Origin: a bacterium
GTDB lineage: Archaea; Nanobdellota; Nanobdellia; SCGC-AAA011-G17; GW2011-AR17
Assembly (NCBI GenBank): GCA_030697685.1
Contig: JAUYPF010000048.1
Span: 1-58,702 of the forward strand
DNA: 58,702 bases
Reading direction: 5' to 3'
The notes under the pieces were generated by a model that did not search any database, had not been told where the DNA came from, and saw nothing but the letters and a program-made list of their open reading frames with translations. Positions within the stretch are counted from its first letter, which is position 1. Each line of letters opens with the position of its first letter. Below, piece by piece: positions 45,743 to 55,249 of the stretch. A program made the position numbers and the translations under genes.

Positions 45743-46855
45743 TTATTTTAGATGCAATTCTATAATATCATCATCTTTTAATTCATGCTCAAGACCAAAT
45801 TTCTCCCCAGCATGTTTTGCACTCTTTCCCCATATTCTTGCGTACTTAAATTTTTTTAAGAAATCCTTGTGAATGAGACGTGCCATTGTTTTTACTGTAT
45901 CCCCTTCTTGCAATGCAACAGGTGGCCAATCCTTTTCTTTTCCAGGAGTTTTTGTAAAAACTTTCATCAAACGAAGTGTATGAAATATATTCTCTTTGAG
46001 TTTTTCTAAACCATAACCTGTTTCTGCAGAGATGCCTTCTCCTTTTATGTCTGCTTTTGTGTGTATTTTGAGAAGAGGTAAATATACAATACCTTCATTC
46101 AATACATCCGCAAGGTCTTCTATAGTGACAGGCTCGAAAGCAGTAATTATTGCATTATGATAACCATTTTGGGTGAGAAGCTGAATTGCATCTTTTGTAT
46201 CAAATCTAAAATATTTATTCCCTAAAAACTCAATTCCTCCCATACCTTGTTTTTTTACAATGATTTTTGGCTTTTCTGCGTTTAGTCTTATATTTGCTTT
46301 TTCAAATTCTTGATAGAGTAAATCTAATTGCTGCTTTTCATTTTGTGTATTGTCAATGAGGAAAACAATAATATCTGCACTCCGCATAATGCTAAATAAT
46401 GTAGGGCCTTCTCCTTTGTATGCAAAGTCTTCATAGATTGCTGGGATTTCTATCACCTGCATTTTTACACCTTTATAATCTGTAATGCCCACTTCAGGTT
46501 TTGTTGTAGTAAATTTGTAGTCAGCGATAAGGGGTTTTGCATTTGTTAAAGCTGTAAGAAGTGTTGATTTGCCTGCATTTGTTAGAGAGACGAGAATGAC
46601 TTGTGCTGCGCCTTCTCTTTTAATTGCAAGATTTGCTCCTTTGCCTTTGCCTTTCCCAGTGAGACGTTCTTTTTCTATTTGAGCGCGAAGCTTGGAAATC
46701 TTTGTTTTAATTTCTGCTCGAAGATTCTCTGTGGATTTATGGTTTGGGCCAACACGCAGCATCTCCTCTAAGCCTGCAATTTTTTCTGGAATTGTTTTTG
46801 CAGCATTATATTTTGCTTCTGCTTTGAAATACTCTGGACCAGCGTTGATTGGCAT
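45743..46855 (-). CDS. DRG/Obg-family GTPase with a C-terminal TGS domain
   Basis: G1 SLTNAGKSTLL, G2 TT(T)KP, and a C-terminal TGS-like ARIWGKSAKHAGEKFGLEHELKDDDIIELH. Confidence 0.8.
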   Translation of the reverse strand: MPINAGPEYFKAEAKYNAAKTIPEKIAGLEEMLRVGPNHKSTENLRAEIKTKISKLRAQIEKERLTGKGKGKGANLAIKREGAAQVILVSLTNAGKSTLLTALTNAKPLIADYKFTTTKPEVGITDYKGVKMQVIEIPAIYEDFAYKGEGPTLFSIMRSADIIVFLIDNTQNEKQQLDLLYQEFEKANIRLNAEKPKIIVKKQGMGGIEFLGNKYFRFDTKDAIQLLTQNGYHNAIITAFEPVTIEDLADVLNEGIVYLPLLKIHTKADIKGEGISAETGYGLEKLKENIFHTLRLMKVFTKTPGKEKDWPPVALQEGDTVKTMARLIHKDFLKKFKYARIWGKSAKHAGEKFGLEHELKDDDIIELHLK

Positions 46856-46996
46856 GCTTCTATGGAAAGTTTCTTCTTTTTTAAGTCTTCCTCTCTTATT
46901 TAGAATTTATTCTTCTTTGTAAAATCTTTGTTTATAAATGTTCCTACTAAATAGCTTTGGTAAAGCTTTTTAAATAAAAATACTCTCTTTTAAGTT

Positions 46997-47527
46997 ATGG
47001 CGATTGCTCTCTATTATTCAAGTGTTGTTACAAACATAGTCGCAGGAATTCTGGTTATTGGTTTTGGAATTCTTGTAGGGAATATTTTTTCTATCATTGG
47101 AAAGAAGGTTTTGCAAAGTTTTGAAATAGAAAAAATTTTTCAAGAAAGAGGTGTACGCTTTCCATTTGAAGAGTTTATTGGTTCAATTATTAAATATGGA
47201 ATTTATATTGCTGGACTTATTTTAGGTTTAGGATTTTTAGGTTTAGAGAAAATACTTTTATATGTAATCCTTGTCATTATTTTAGGATTGCTTATTGCAT
47301 TCATCCTTCTTTCCTTGAAAGATTTTATTCCAAATTTTATTGCAGGATTGATTATTTATATGAAAAGCAAGCTTAGAACAGGTGATATTGTTGAAATTGA
47401 TACTATTGAAGGGAAGGTTATACATACAGATATGCTCGAAGCTAAAATTCGAACAAAAGATGGAGATGTTGTCATTATGCCTAATATTCTTGTTCTGCGT
47501 AGCACTATTACTAAGAAGAGAAAATGA
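46997..47527 (+). CDS. small-conductance mechanosensitive channel (MscS family, short form)
   Basis: Three TM helices, then the beta-domain motif GDIVEIDTIEGKVIHTDMLEAKIRTKDGDVVIMPN. Confidence 0.7.
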   Translation: MAIALYYSSVVTNIVAGILVIGFGILVGNIFSIIGKKVLQSFEIEKIFQERGVRFPFEEFIGSIIKYGIYIAGLILGLGFLGLEKILLYVILVIILGLLIAFILLSLKDFIPNFIAGLIIYMKSKLRTGDIVEIDTIEGKVIHTDMLEAKIRTKDGDVVIMPNILVLRSTITKKRK

Positions 47528-47692
47528 GATATTCTATTACTATTTGCCATGATGATGGATAAAATATTAAGCAATTTTTGCATATGCCTTTTACAGAAGT
47601 TAAGGAAAGATCTATTTTTTGTGAAGATGTTAATGAAAAAGCAGATGGAGATATTCTTATTTTTGCAATGACACATATATAAAACTAGTAGT

Positions 47693-48538
47693 TTACAAGA
47701 AATACAACAGAAAAATAAGCAGTGCTACCCAAAGCAGAATGCCTACAAGAAGCCTTGTATCCTTATAAAATTGTTCTGGGTGGCGTGCGATCACACTTTT
47801 TGTTTCTATAAGATAAAAGTATCTGAGAATAACATAAAGCGCAAATGGTAGACTATACACTAATTTAGGGTAAATGCTGAGGAAAGAATAGAGACTGTAC
47901 GAGAGTAAGAGTGCTGTTGTTGCAATAATCATCAAAGTATTTGTGATATTAACTTCATAATCTTGAAGAACTTTTTTATGGAGACTTGCTTTATTCTTTA
48001 ATATGGAGATGTCTGCTTTGCGCTTTCCCACAACAATAAATAAGCTAAGGAAGAAGGTGCAAAGAATGAGCCATGGGCTTAAGCGTATATCGAGAATGAA
48101 TGAACCTGCCATTGCCCTTAGCACGAAATTTGTGGAGATGAAAATAATATCTACAAAGAGCTCCTCTTTGAAATATAAGGAATATAATTGCGTGAGGAAG
48201 AAGAAAATTAAGAGAAGGACAAAAAAGATTTCTGAAAGAAAGAATGCCAGGACTAATGAACTTGTAGCTAAAAGAAAAGCTAGGATTGTTGCTGTCATTA
48301 TGGATATTTTCCCTGAAGCAATAGGACGATCTTTTTTCTCTGGATGTATTTTATCTTTTTCACGATCAAGAATATCATTGAGAATATAATTAGTTGAGGA
48401 CATCAAACAAAGCGCAAAAAATCCTACAATTGTAAGGAAGATACTTTTTGGATCTCCAAGTAAGCCTGCAAAAACTAAAGGTAAAAATATTAAAAGATTC
48501 TTATACCACTGCTGGACACGAAAAAGCTGGAAAAACAT
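47693..48538 (-). CDS. UbiA-family prenyltransferase (polyprenyl-phosphate / decaprenyl-phosphate PRTase-like)
   Basis: Polytopic membrane protein with NYILNDILDREKDKIHPEKKDRPIASG. Confidence 0.75.
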   Translation of the reverse strand: MFFQLFRVQQWYKNLLIFLPLVFAGLLGDPKSIFLTIVGFFALCLMSSTNYILNDILDREKDKIHPEKKDRPIASGKISIMTATILAFLLATSSLVLAFFLSEIFFVLLLIFFFLTQLYSLYFKEELFVDIIFISTNFVLRAMAGSFILDIRLSPWLILCTFFLSLFIVVGKRKADISILKNKASLHKKVLQDYEVNITNTLMIIATTALLLSYSLYSFLSIYPKLVYSLPFALYVILRYFYLIETKSVIARHPEQFYKDTRLLVGILLWVALLIFLLYFL

Positions 48539-48630
48539 AATAAATAAATTTTATTCTTCTTTTTAAGGACTATTTTTCTCAATAATAACCATTAGAAAGT
48601 TTAATAAATCAAAAATTCTTTTTTCTAGAG

Positions 48631-49185
48631 ATGAAAAAGAGTCTTGTTTTGCTCATTTTGGTGATTTTTCTTTTAGGATGCTCCTCAGAAGAAAGTACAG
48701 AAACAAGTGTTGAGATAGAAAATAGCGAGGGAATAGTTATGGAAGAAATACAAGAAAATCAAATTTATGCAGTTATGGAAACAAGCAAAGGAACTATCAA
48801 AGTTCTTCTCTATGAGGAAACAGCTATTACAAAAGAAAATTTCGTTTCTCTTATTGAAGAAGGATTCTATAATGGATTAACATTTCATCGTTATGAGCCA
48901 GGATTTGTCATTCAAGGAGGAGATCCTAATGGTGATGGCACTGGAGGAAGTGAGAAAACAATAGCTTTAGAAGTTGTTGGAAAAAGTCATTCTCGTGGAA
49001 CTGTAGGTATGGCACGAAGTTCAGACCCTAATAGTGCTAGTTCACAATTTTTCTTTAATCTTGCAGATAATACTTTTTTAGATAGTGGATATACAGTGTT
49101 TGGAGAAGTTACTGAAGGACTTGATGTGATGGATTATTTACGCGCTGGAGATACTATTACAAGTATCACTATTAGTCAAACGTAA
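48631..49185 (+). CDS. cyclophilin-type peptidyl-prolyl cis-trans isomerase with a lipoprotein-like signal
   Basis: LLGCSS lipobox-like signal. FHRYEPGFVIQGGDPNGDGTGG, SQFFFNL. Confidence 0.88.
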   Translation: MKKSLVLLILVIFLLGCSSEESTETSVEIENSEGIVMEEIQENQIYAVMETSKGTIKVLLYEETAITKENFVSLIEEGFYNGLTFHRYEPGFVIQGGDPNGDGTGGSEKTIALEVVGKSHSRGTVGMARSSDPNSASSQFFFNLADNTFLDSGYTVFGEVTEGLDVMDYLRAGDTITSITISQT

Positions 49186-50156
49186 CCTTTGAGATTAATC
49201 TTATGCCAATCCCAAGCACTCTGAATCATATCTTTTAATTCATATCTTGGCTGCCAGCCTAACTCTTTCTTTATTTTTTCTGCAGAAGCATATAATACTG
49301 GAGGATCACCAGCTCTTCTTTCTTTTTCTTGAATAGAAATCTTTTTTCCTGTTACTTCTTCACAGATTTTCAAAACTTCTCTATTACTATAGCCTTTTCC
49401 TATACCCAAATTATAGAATTTTGATTCTCCACCTTTATCTAAATGTTTTAATGCAAGAATGTGTGCTTCTGCTAAATCAAGAACATGAACATAATCACGA
49501 ATACATGTCCCATCAGATGTATCATAATCTGTTCCAAATAATTCAAAATGTTCTATTTCACCAAGAGCCACTTTTAAGGCAATAGGAATAATGTGTGTTT
49601 CTGGTCTGTGATCCTCACCTATATCATACGCTGCGCCTGCTGCATTAAAATAACGAAAAGCAACAAAATGTAAAGAATAATTATCTGAATAAAATTTCAA
49701 TGCTTGTTCGAAAAGAAGTTTTGTAAGACCATAAGGGTTTACTGGATGCTGTTCTAGACCTTCATGTATAGGTATTTCTTTTGGAAGTCCATAGGTTGCA
49801 CAAGATGAAGAAAAAACAATATTCTTAATATTCTTTTTATTTAGACATTCTAGGAATATGAGACTTTTTATTAAGTTATTATTATAATAGATATTTGGAT
49901 CTGTTACGGATTCCCCTACGTAGGCATAAGCTGCGAAGTGAATAACTGCATCAATAGCATGTTGGTCTAATAAGGCTAAAACTTTTTGTTCATCACTTAT
50001 ACTCATTTTTATAAAAGTAACTTCTTTAGGTAAAGATTCTATATGACCACGAGAAAGATTATCTAATACAATGACTTTATAGCCTTCTTCTAGAAGTCTT
50101 CTTACTGTAATACTCCCAATGTATCCAGCTCCTCCTGTGACAAGAATAGTTTTCAT
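49176..50156 (-). CDS. galE: UDP-glucose 4-epimerase
   Basis: ILVTGGAGYIGS, the SSSCATYG...Y..TK catalytic pattern, and C-terminal PPVLYASAEKIKKELGW. Confidence 0.85.
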   Translation of the reverse strand: MKTILVTGGAGYIGSITVRRLLEEGYKVIVLDNLSRGHIESLPKEVTFIKMSISDEQKVLALLDQHAIDAVIHFAAYAYVGESVTDPNIYYNNNLIKSLIFLECLNKKNIKNIVFSSSCATYGLPKEIPIHEGLEQHPVNPYGLTKLLFEQALKFYSDNYSLHFVAFRYFNAAGAAYDIGEDHRPETHIIPIALKVALGEIEHFELFGTDYDTSDGTCIRDYVHVLDLAEAHILALKHLDKGGESKFYNLGIGKGYSNREVLKICEEVTGKKISIQEKERRAGDPPVLYASAEKIKKELGWQPRYELKDMIQSAWDWHKINLKGYV

Positions 50157-51526
50157 TGTATAATATCTGGTCTCCCTATGGAAAAATAGTTAAAATCTTC
50201 TTCTTTCATTTGAAGATAATTTAAAACATCTTTCCCATCAAAGATTATTTTATTTTTTAATTTATTTCTTAAAATATCAAAGTCTGGTTGTCTATATACT
50301 TTCCAATCATTCGTTATACACAAAATATCAGAATTATTGACAGCTTCATACATATCATTGATCAAAGAGAAATTGGACAGATCAACGCCTTTTCTTTGCA
50401 GTTCCTTTAGAAACTCCTCTCCTGCTTGAGGATCATGTGCACGAACTTTTGCTCCTCTTTCTAGTACATCTTTCACTATGATAAGAGATGCTGCATCACG
50501 AACATCATTTGTATCTTTTTTGAAAGCCAAACCCCAAATTGCGATGGTACACTTTGAGAGATCTTCTCCAAAAAGAGAAATGATTTTTTTATTGAGTTTC
50601 TTTTTTTGATCTTCATTTTGTTCTAAAATTATGTTTAAAGACTGTACAGTGCATTCATCTAAGCCTAAGTCTTCTGCTGTTCGTTTTAATGCAGAAACAT
50701 CTTTTCTAAAACAAGATCCACCGAAGCCAAGACCAGGATGGACAAATCTTCCAATCCTTTCATCCCCCAGAACTGCAGGAATAATCGCACGCCAATTTGC
50801 ACCAGCTTCATGAGAAATATTTGCAAGCACATTTGTTATATGTACTTGTGCAGCAAGGTAGGTATTGAATGCATATTTGGATAACTCTGCATCACGAAGA
50901 CCCATGACATGTATTCTGCCACTTTGATGTGGAAAAAAGAAAGGAGAGTATATCTCGCGTAATATTTTTTCTGCTCTTGGAGAGTCAACACCTATGATTA
51001 CTCTATTTGGATACAATGCATCTTTGACAGCACTCCCTTCTGCAAGTGTTTCTGGATTTGAAGCTACATCGAATTCACCAAGATAATACTTTTTTATTAT
51101 TTCTTTTACTCGTTCTGCCGTTCCAATAGGCACAGTACTTTTATCTACCACAAGTTTGTAACTGGGATGAACTTGTAGCACTTCTCCAATTGTTTTTGCA
51201 ATATCTTCCACATAGCTTACATTTGCTTTTCCTTCTTTATCATCAAAAGGAGTTCCTACTGCAATAAAAATAACTTCAGAATCTCTTATTGCAGATTTTG
51301 CATCTACTGTAAAGAATAATCTTCCTTCTCTAGAATTTCTTCTGAAAAGTTCTTCTAAGCCTTCTTCATAAATGGGAAGCGTATTTGTTTCGTTTCGACA
51401 ATATGCACTAAGATTATCTATTTTTTTATTATCAACATCAAAAAGAATAACTTTGTGTCCTTGATTTGCCATAACTGCCGCATGGACAATGCCTACAAAC
51501 CCTGCACCAGCAACTGCTATTTTCAT
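50153..51526 (-). CDS. ugd: UDP-glucose/nucleotide-sugar 6-dehydrogenase
   Basis: KIAVAGAGFVG and the catalytic GFGGSCFRKD. Overlaps galE by 4 nt. Confidence 0.85.
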   Translation of the reverse strand: MKIAVAGAGFVGIVHAAVMANQGHKVILFDVDNKKIDNLSAYCRNETNTLPIYEEGLEELFRRNSREGRLFFTVDAKSAIRDSEVIFIAVGTPFDDKEGKANVSYVEDIAKTIGEVLQVHPSYKLVVDKSTVPIGTAERVKEIIKKYYLGEFDVASNPETLAEGSAVKDALYPNRVIIGVDSPRAEKILREIYSPFFFPHQSGRIHVMGLRDAELSKYAFNTYLAAQVHITNVLANISHEAGANWRAIIPAVLGDERIGRFVHPGLGFGGSCFRKDVSALKRTAEDLGLDECTVQSLNIILEQNEDQKKKLNKKIISLFGEDLSKCTIAIWGLAFKKDTNDVRDAASLIIVKDVLERGAKVRAHDPQAGEEFLKELQRKGVDLSNFSLINDMYEAVNNSDILCITNDWKVYRQPDFDILRNKLKNKIIFDGKDVLNYLQMKEEDFNYFSIGRPDIIQ

Positions 51527-51619
51527 ATAAGGTTTTTCCTTTAGAAGATTTATAAGGGTTGTGGAGCGGGCATTGTTACCTATAGATTTTTAAGTAAATT
51601 TAACTTATTTTTAGATAAG

Positions 51620-51838
51620 ATGACAAAAAAATATACTGTTATTGTAGAGCAAGGGGAAGATGGATATCTTCTTTCTGGAGTTCTTGAGCTTCCTGGTTGC
51701 CACACTCAAGCAAAAACGTACGATGAGCTTATGAAACGGACTAAAGAAGCAATTTCCCTTTATTTAGAAGTTAAAGGATCACCAAAAAGTAAAAGCACAT
51801 TTCTTAGTTTACAACAATTAGAAGTTGATGCAGCATAA
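51620..51838 (+). CDS. hicB: HicB-family antitoxin (UPF0150, short form)
   Basis: YTVIVEQGEDGYLLSGVLELPGCHTQAKTYDELMKRTKEAISLYLE. Confidence 0.75.
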   Translation: MTKKYTVIVEQGEDGYLLSGVLELPGCHTQAKTYDELMKRTKEAISLYLEVKGSPKSKSTFLSLQQLEVDAA

Positions 51839-52038
51839 TGTCAGATAAAATTCCTTTACTTAAAGCAAAAGATGTTGCAAAAGTTCTTGAAAAATTAGGC
51901 TTTCAGTTTAAGAGACAAAAAGGAAGCCATATGTTTTTTGAACATCCTGATGAAGATATTGATATAGGTCTTTTGAATAAAATAATTAAACAAGATTTGC
52001 AAATTAGCAGAGAGGAGTTCTTGAAACACTTAAAGTAA
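51838..52038 (+). CDS. hicA: HicA-like mRNA interferase toxin (deviant; central segment apparently missing)
   Basis: VAKVLEKLGFQFKRQKGSHMFFEHPD matches the HicA core. Its ATG overlaps the hicB stop by 1 nt. Confidence 0.65.
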   Translation: MSDKIPLLKAKDVAKVLEKLGFQFKRQKGSHMFFEHPDEDIDIGLLNKIIKQDLQISREEFLKHLK

Positions 52039-52039
52039 A

Positions 52040-52828
52040 TTACCCAATTACACTGGTCTTAATCATTTCTTTACAAGAACATTCTGTGTGTTGGATCTTT
52101 GGAATAAGCTCTTTCAATAAGGATTTTACCTTCTCTGCATTCTCATGCATGACTCGTAATACTTCTTCAAGAGTCACAGGCTCTCTTGTATCCATAAAAC
52201 AGTCGTAGTCCGTTGACATAGCAATACTTGCATAACACAAGCCAGCTTCACGTGCTAAAACCACTTCAGGAACTGTACTCATGTTAATAATATGTGCACC
52301 CCAAGAACGAAAGATATGTGATTCTGCTTTTGTTGAAAATCTTGGGCCTTCAATGGTCACTACAGTTCCTTTTTTATGATAGGTGAGCTTTTGTTGTTCT
52401 GCTACATTAATTATATATGCGCGTAGTTTTGCACAGAAAGGTTCAGCCATAGGAATGTGACAGACTTTGTTTGTATCATAGAATGTTTGTGCGCGTTTTG
52501 TTGTTCTATCTATGAATTGATCTGGGAAGACTAAATTACCTGGAGCAATATCTTCACGAAGAGAGCCTACTGCTGTTGTTGCAATAATGTGTGTGCAGCC
52601 TAGTTCTTTTAATGCCCAGATGTTTGCACGATAATTGACATTTGAAGGCATGATTTGGTGCTTCTTTCCATGGCGTGCAAGGATTGCAACGTCTACACCA
52701 TTTAGTTTCCCTGTAGTTATAGAAGAGGAGGGATGGCCATAGGGAGTTACTAGGTCTATATTTTCATAATTTTCTAGGAGTTTCGGATCGTCAAGACCTG
52801 AGCCACCAATAATTCCGATTTTGATCAT
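52040..52828 (-). CDS. mtnP: S-methyl-5'-thioadenosine phosphorylase (PNP family)
   Basis: [29 protein letters not shown]. Confidence 0.85.
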   Translation of the reverse strand: MIKIGIIGGSGLDDPKLLENYENIDLVTPYGHPSSSITTGKLNGVDVAILARHGKKHQIMPSNVNYRANIWALKELGCTHIIATTAVGSLREDIAPGNLVFPDQFIDRTTKRAQTFYDTNKVCHIPMAEPFCAKLRAYIINVAEQQKLTYHKKGTVVTIEGPRFSTKAESHIFRSWGAHIINMSTVPEVVLAREAGLCYASIAMSTDYDCFMDTREPVTLEEVLRVMHENAEKVKSLLKELIPKIQHTECSCKEMIKTSVIG

Positions 52829-52917
52829 ATGAAAAATATTATTTTGAGGATTTAAAAGAATTGTTGTTCCTATTTTATGTAGAAAATTATTTAAACTTCT
52901 CTTTCTTAGACTTTCTT

Positions 52918-53262
52918 ATGAGTAATATCAAAAAAGGGAATGTGACCATTATGGTTGCAAATATGGATAGAGCTTTGAAATTCTATACTGAAGTTCTTGA
53001 GTTTAGCTTAAAAGAACGTTTTCAAAATGAATGGGCAGAAGTTGAAGCACCTGGAATGACTATTTGCTTCCATCCACAAAAAGGAAATAAGTCTCATGGA
53101 AGTGTCTCTCTTGGTTTTCAAGTGAAGAACATTAAAGAACTTGTTGCAAAATTGGAAAAGCAAGGTATTGCTATTGCAGTGAGAGATGAGGGCTATTTAA
53201 TGCTTGCAAGCTTTTCTGATCCTGATGGAACTCCTCTGTACTTTGCTGAGATGAAAAAGTAA
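52918..53262 (+). CDS. VOC / glyoxalase-family protein
   Basis: NVTIMVANMDRALKFYTEVLEF...FSDPDGTPLYF. I placed the start at the ATG at 52918; the track start is an upstream TTG. Confidence 0.7.
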   Translation: MSNIKKGNVTIMVANMDRALKFYTEVLEFSLKERFQNEWAEVEAPGMTICFHPQKGNKSHGSVSLGFQVKNIKELVAKLEKQGIAIAVRDEGYLMLASFSDPDGTPLYFAEMKK

Positions 53263-53263
53263 G

Positions 53264-53273
53264 GCTTATAAAG
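53264..53273 (+). promoter_or_regulatory. TATA box of tRNA-Trp
   Basis: aagGCTTATAAAGtc lies about 30 nt upstream of 53299. Confidence 0.5.
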
Positions 53274-53298
53274 TCTTTTCTAGTTTTCTAATCCCTAT

Positions 53299-53374
53299 GG
53301 GGCTGTAGTATAATCTGGTAGTACAGCCGCCTCCAAAGCGGCTTGTTCGGGTTCAAATCCTGACAGCCCCACCA
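53299..53374 (+). tRNA. tRNA-Trp (anticodon CCA), intronless, with genomically encoded 3' CCA
   Basis: Acceptor GGGGCTG/CAGCCCC, D arm GTAT/GTAC, anticodon arm GCCGC-CTCCAAA-GCGGC, T arm TCGGG-TTCAAAT-CCTGA, discriminator A followed by CCA. Confidence 0.9.
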
Positions 53375-53536
53375 TTTTTATTTATATAGCAAACCTAAAG
53401 CCCCAAGAACAATAAATAGAATAATTCCTAGCAGAATTATAAGTGCTAAATTTGGTTCAAACCACAAATCATTTGCTATTCTCTTCCAACTTTTTATTAT
53501 GATGTTTTGCATTAGTTCTCCGATACTCGTGAATTA

Positions 53537-54694
53537 CTATGACCTAACACTTGTTAGTGTTGAGGTTATAGCTTCTTGTTTCATTGAACTACTTTCTGTT
53601 TCGTTCTCCACAAAGCCCAATCCCTGAGCCAAGATATTTTTTGCAGAATTTACATCTCTATCTAATTTTAGACCACAATCACAAAAATATGTTCTTTGTG
53701 ACAAAGGCATAGATTGGAGTTCCCCGCAATTACTACACTTTTTGCTTGTATTTCTTGGATTCACTTCTATTATTTTAGTTCCAGCACTTTCAGCCTTGAA
53801 CTTCAACATAGAAACAAATTTACCCCACGAAACATCAGCAAAATTTCTTCTATTCCAAAAACGATTCCTCTCCTTACTCATCATCTGCTTTATCCCAAGT
53901 TTTTCTACACAAATAACTTTATTTTCAGAAACGAGTTTTGTAGAAACTTTGTGCAAAAAATCATTCCTCTGATTTTCTACTCTCTCAAACAAAACACCTA
54001 ACCTTTGTTTAGCTTTATATCTGTTATTACTTCCTCTTTTTTTCTTTGATAAGTTTTGATGAGCTTTCTTGATTTTATTCAAACTCTTTTTCAAAAACAA
54101 AGGAGATTTTACTTTATTACCTTTATCATCAGCAATAAAATTAATTATTCCCAGATCAATACCAGTTACCCCTTCCCCACCAACTTTTTTGTATTCTTCA
54201 TCTGTTATCATAATCGCATACCATTTTCCAGCAGTCTTTTTTATTGTTACTTGCTTGATTTTTCCATCAGTAACTCTATGGCATCTAATATCTATTTCTC
54301 CAATCTTTGATAAACTTAATTTTCCAAATCGGTTTCCTGTTTGTCGTAACTTGAACCCACTTTGATTATAATTTATTGTTTTGAACCAATCCCTTCCTTT
54401 GAAACGCAACTTACCAACCTTTCTACCATTCTTTTTTAATTGACTTAATCCCCTTAAGTTATTGAATAATCTATAACATTCATATTGCAAGGTTTTAGAA
54501 TAAACTCCATTCAATTCAGGAAACTCTTTTTTTAATTTTAAAATACTGTGTTGAATTTCTCCACGATTTATTTTAGTTTGTTTATTCAGTTTTTCTAATA
54601 ATTGGTTATACACGAAACGGCAAGACTTGAAAGTTTGAAACAAAGTTTGTTCTTGTTTCTTTGAAGGATACAAACGAAATTTATATGCTTTCAT
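53537..54694 (-). CDS. tnpB: TnpB (IS605 OrfB) RNA-guided endonuclease family protein, apparently intact
   Basis: N-terminal MKAYKFRLYPSKKQ. RuvC-like GIDLG, VICVEKL and DRDVNSAKNI. Zinc finger CSNCG...CDCG. Confidence 0.88.
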   Translation of the reverse strand: MKAYKFRLYPSKKQEQTLFQTFKSCRFVYNQLLEKLNKQTKINRGEIQHSILKLKKEFPELNGVYSKTLQYECYRLFNNLRGLSQLKKNGRKVGKLRFKGRDWFKTINYNQSGFKLRQTGNRFGKLSLSKIGEIDIRCHRVTDGKIKQVTIKKTAGKWYAIMITDEEYKKVGGEGVTGIDLGIINFIADDKGNKVKSPLFLKKSLNKIKKAHQNLSKKKRGSNNRYKAKQRLGVLFERVENQRNDFLHKVSTKLVSENKVICVEKLGIKQMMSKERNRFWNRRNFADVSWGKFVSMLKFKAESAGTKIIEVNPRNTSKKCSNCGELQSMPLSQRTYFCDCGLKLDRDVNSAKNILAQGLGFVENETESSSMKQEAITSTLTSVRS

Positions 54695-55110
54695 AATTCT
54701 TTTCCCTTTCCTTGATTTTCAACATACTTTTTTACTTGCTCTAATGTTGTTTGACCAGTGGTTATCAAACAATAACTACTACTCCAAAAGACATCTCCCA
54801 AAAGTTTATCTTTTATTCTTGAATAATATCTGTTTCTTATTGCTTTTGAGGTTGCACTTTTCCAATTATTTATAAATTTCAGTAATTGTGTTTGAGGTTT
54901 GCATTTTAACAAAATATGAATATGGTCTAAATCTGTTTCAATGCAAGTTATTTGAATATCATAACTTTCAGCTATCTTGTGAGTTCTTGATTTTAGTTCT
55001 TCAATTATTTCGGGAAAATCTAAAACCTTTCTTCTATACTTTATACACTGCACAAAATGGTAATTCAGAGAATAAACTGAATGTGAGTTCTTATCAAATA
55101 CATATTTCAT
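54691..55110 (-). CDS. tnpA: IS200-type Y1 (HUH) transposase TnpA
   Basis: YHFVQCIKYRRKVL, HUH motif DHIHILL, and a C-terminal catalytic-Tyr region KKYVENQ. Confidence 0.88.
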   Translation of the reverse strand: MKYVFDKNSHSVYSLNYHFVQCIKYRRKVLDFPEIIEELKSRTHKIAESYDIQITCIETDLDHIHILLKCKPQTQLLKFINNWKSATSKAIRNRYYSRIKDKLLGDVFWSSSYCLITTGQTTLEQVKKYVENQGKGKEL

Positions 55111-55249
55111 AAATACTATTACTCCTTTACTCTTTATAAAGACATTGTTTGGTTATGCCAATTCATCTATACCCTAACAAGTTCAGGATATAGACTTCTT
55201 GGCGATAAGATTTAAGAGGGTTAAAATTCTTTTCATAAAGCTTTCCTAG

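Larger units (their letters stand above)
53400..55200 (-). mobile_element. IS200/IS605-family insertion sequence (tnpA + tnpB); ends not mapped
   Basis: A Y1 HUH transposase gene and a tnpB gene overlap by 4 nt. Candidate subterminal hairpins lie at 55166-55194 and 53421-53440. The coordinates are approximate. Confidence 0.7.

Noticed and set aside
47528-47692. Small ORFs of 31-41 codons in the 165-nt spacer between the MscS-like and UbiA-family genes, for example MPFTEVKERSIFCEDVNEKADGDILIFAMTHI.
   Set aside because: They are too short and lack recognisable signals. One might be a gene remnant, but it cannot be supported from sequence alone.
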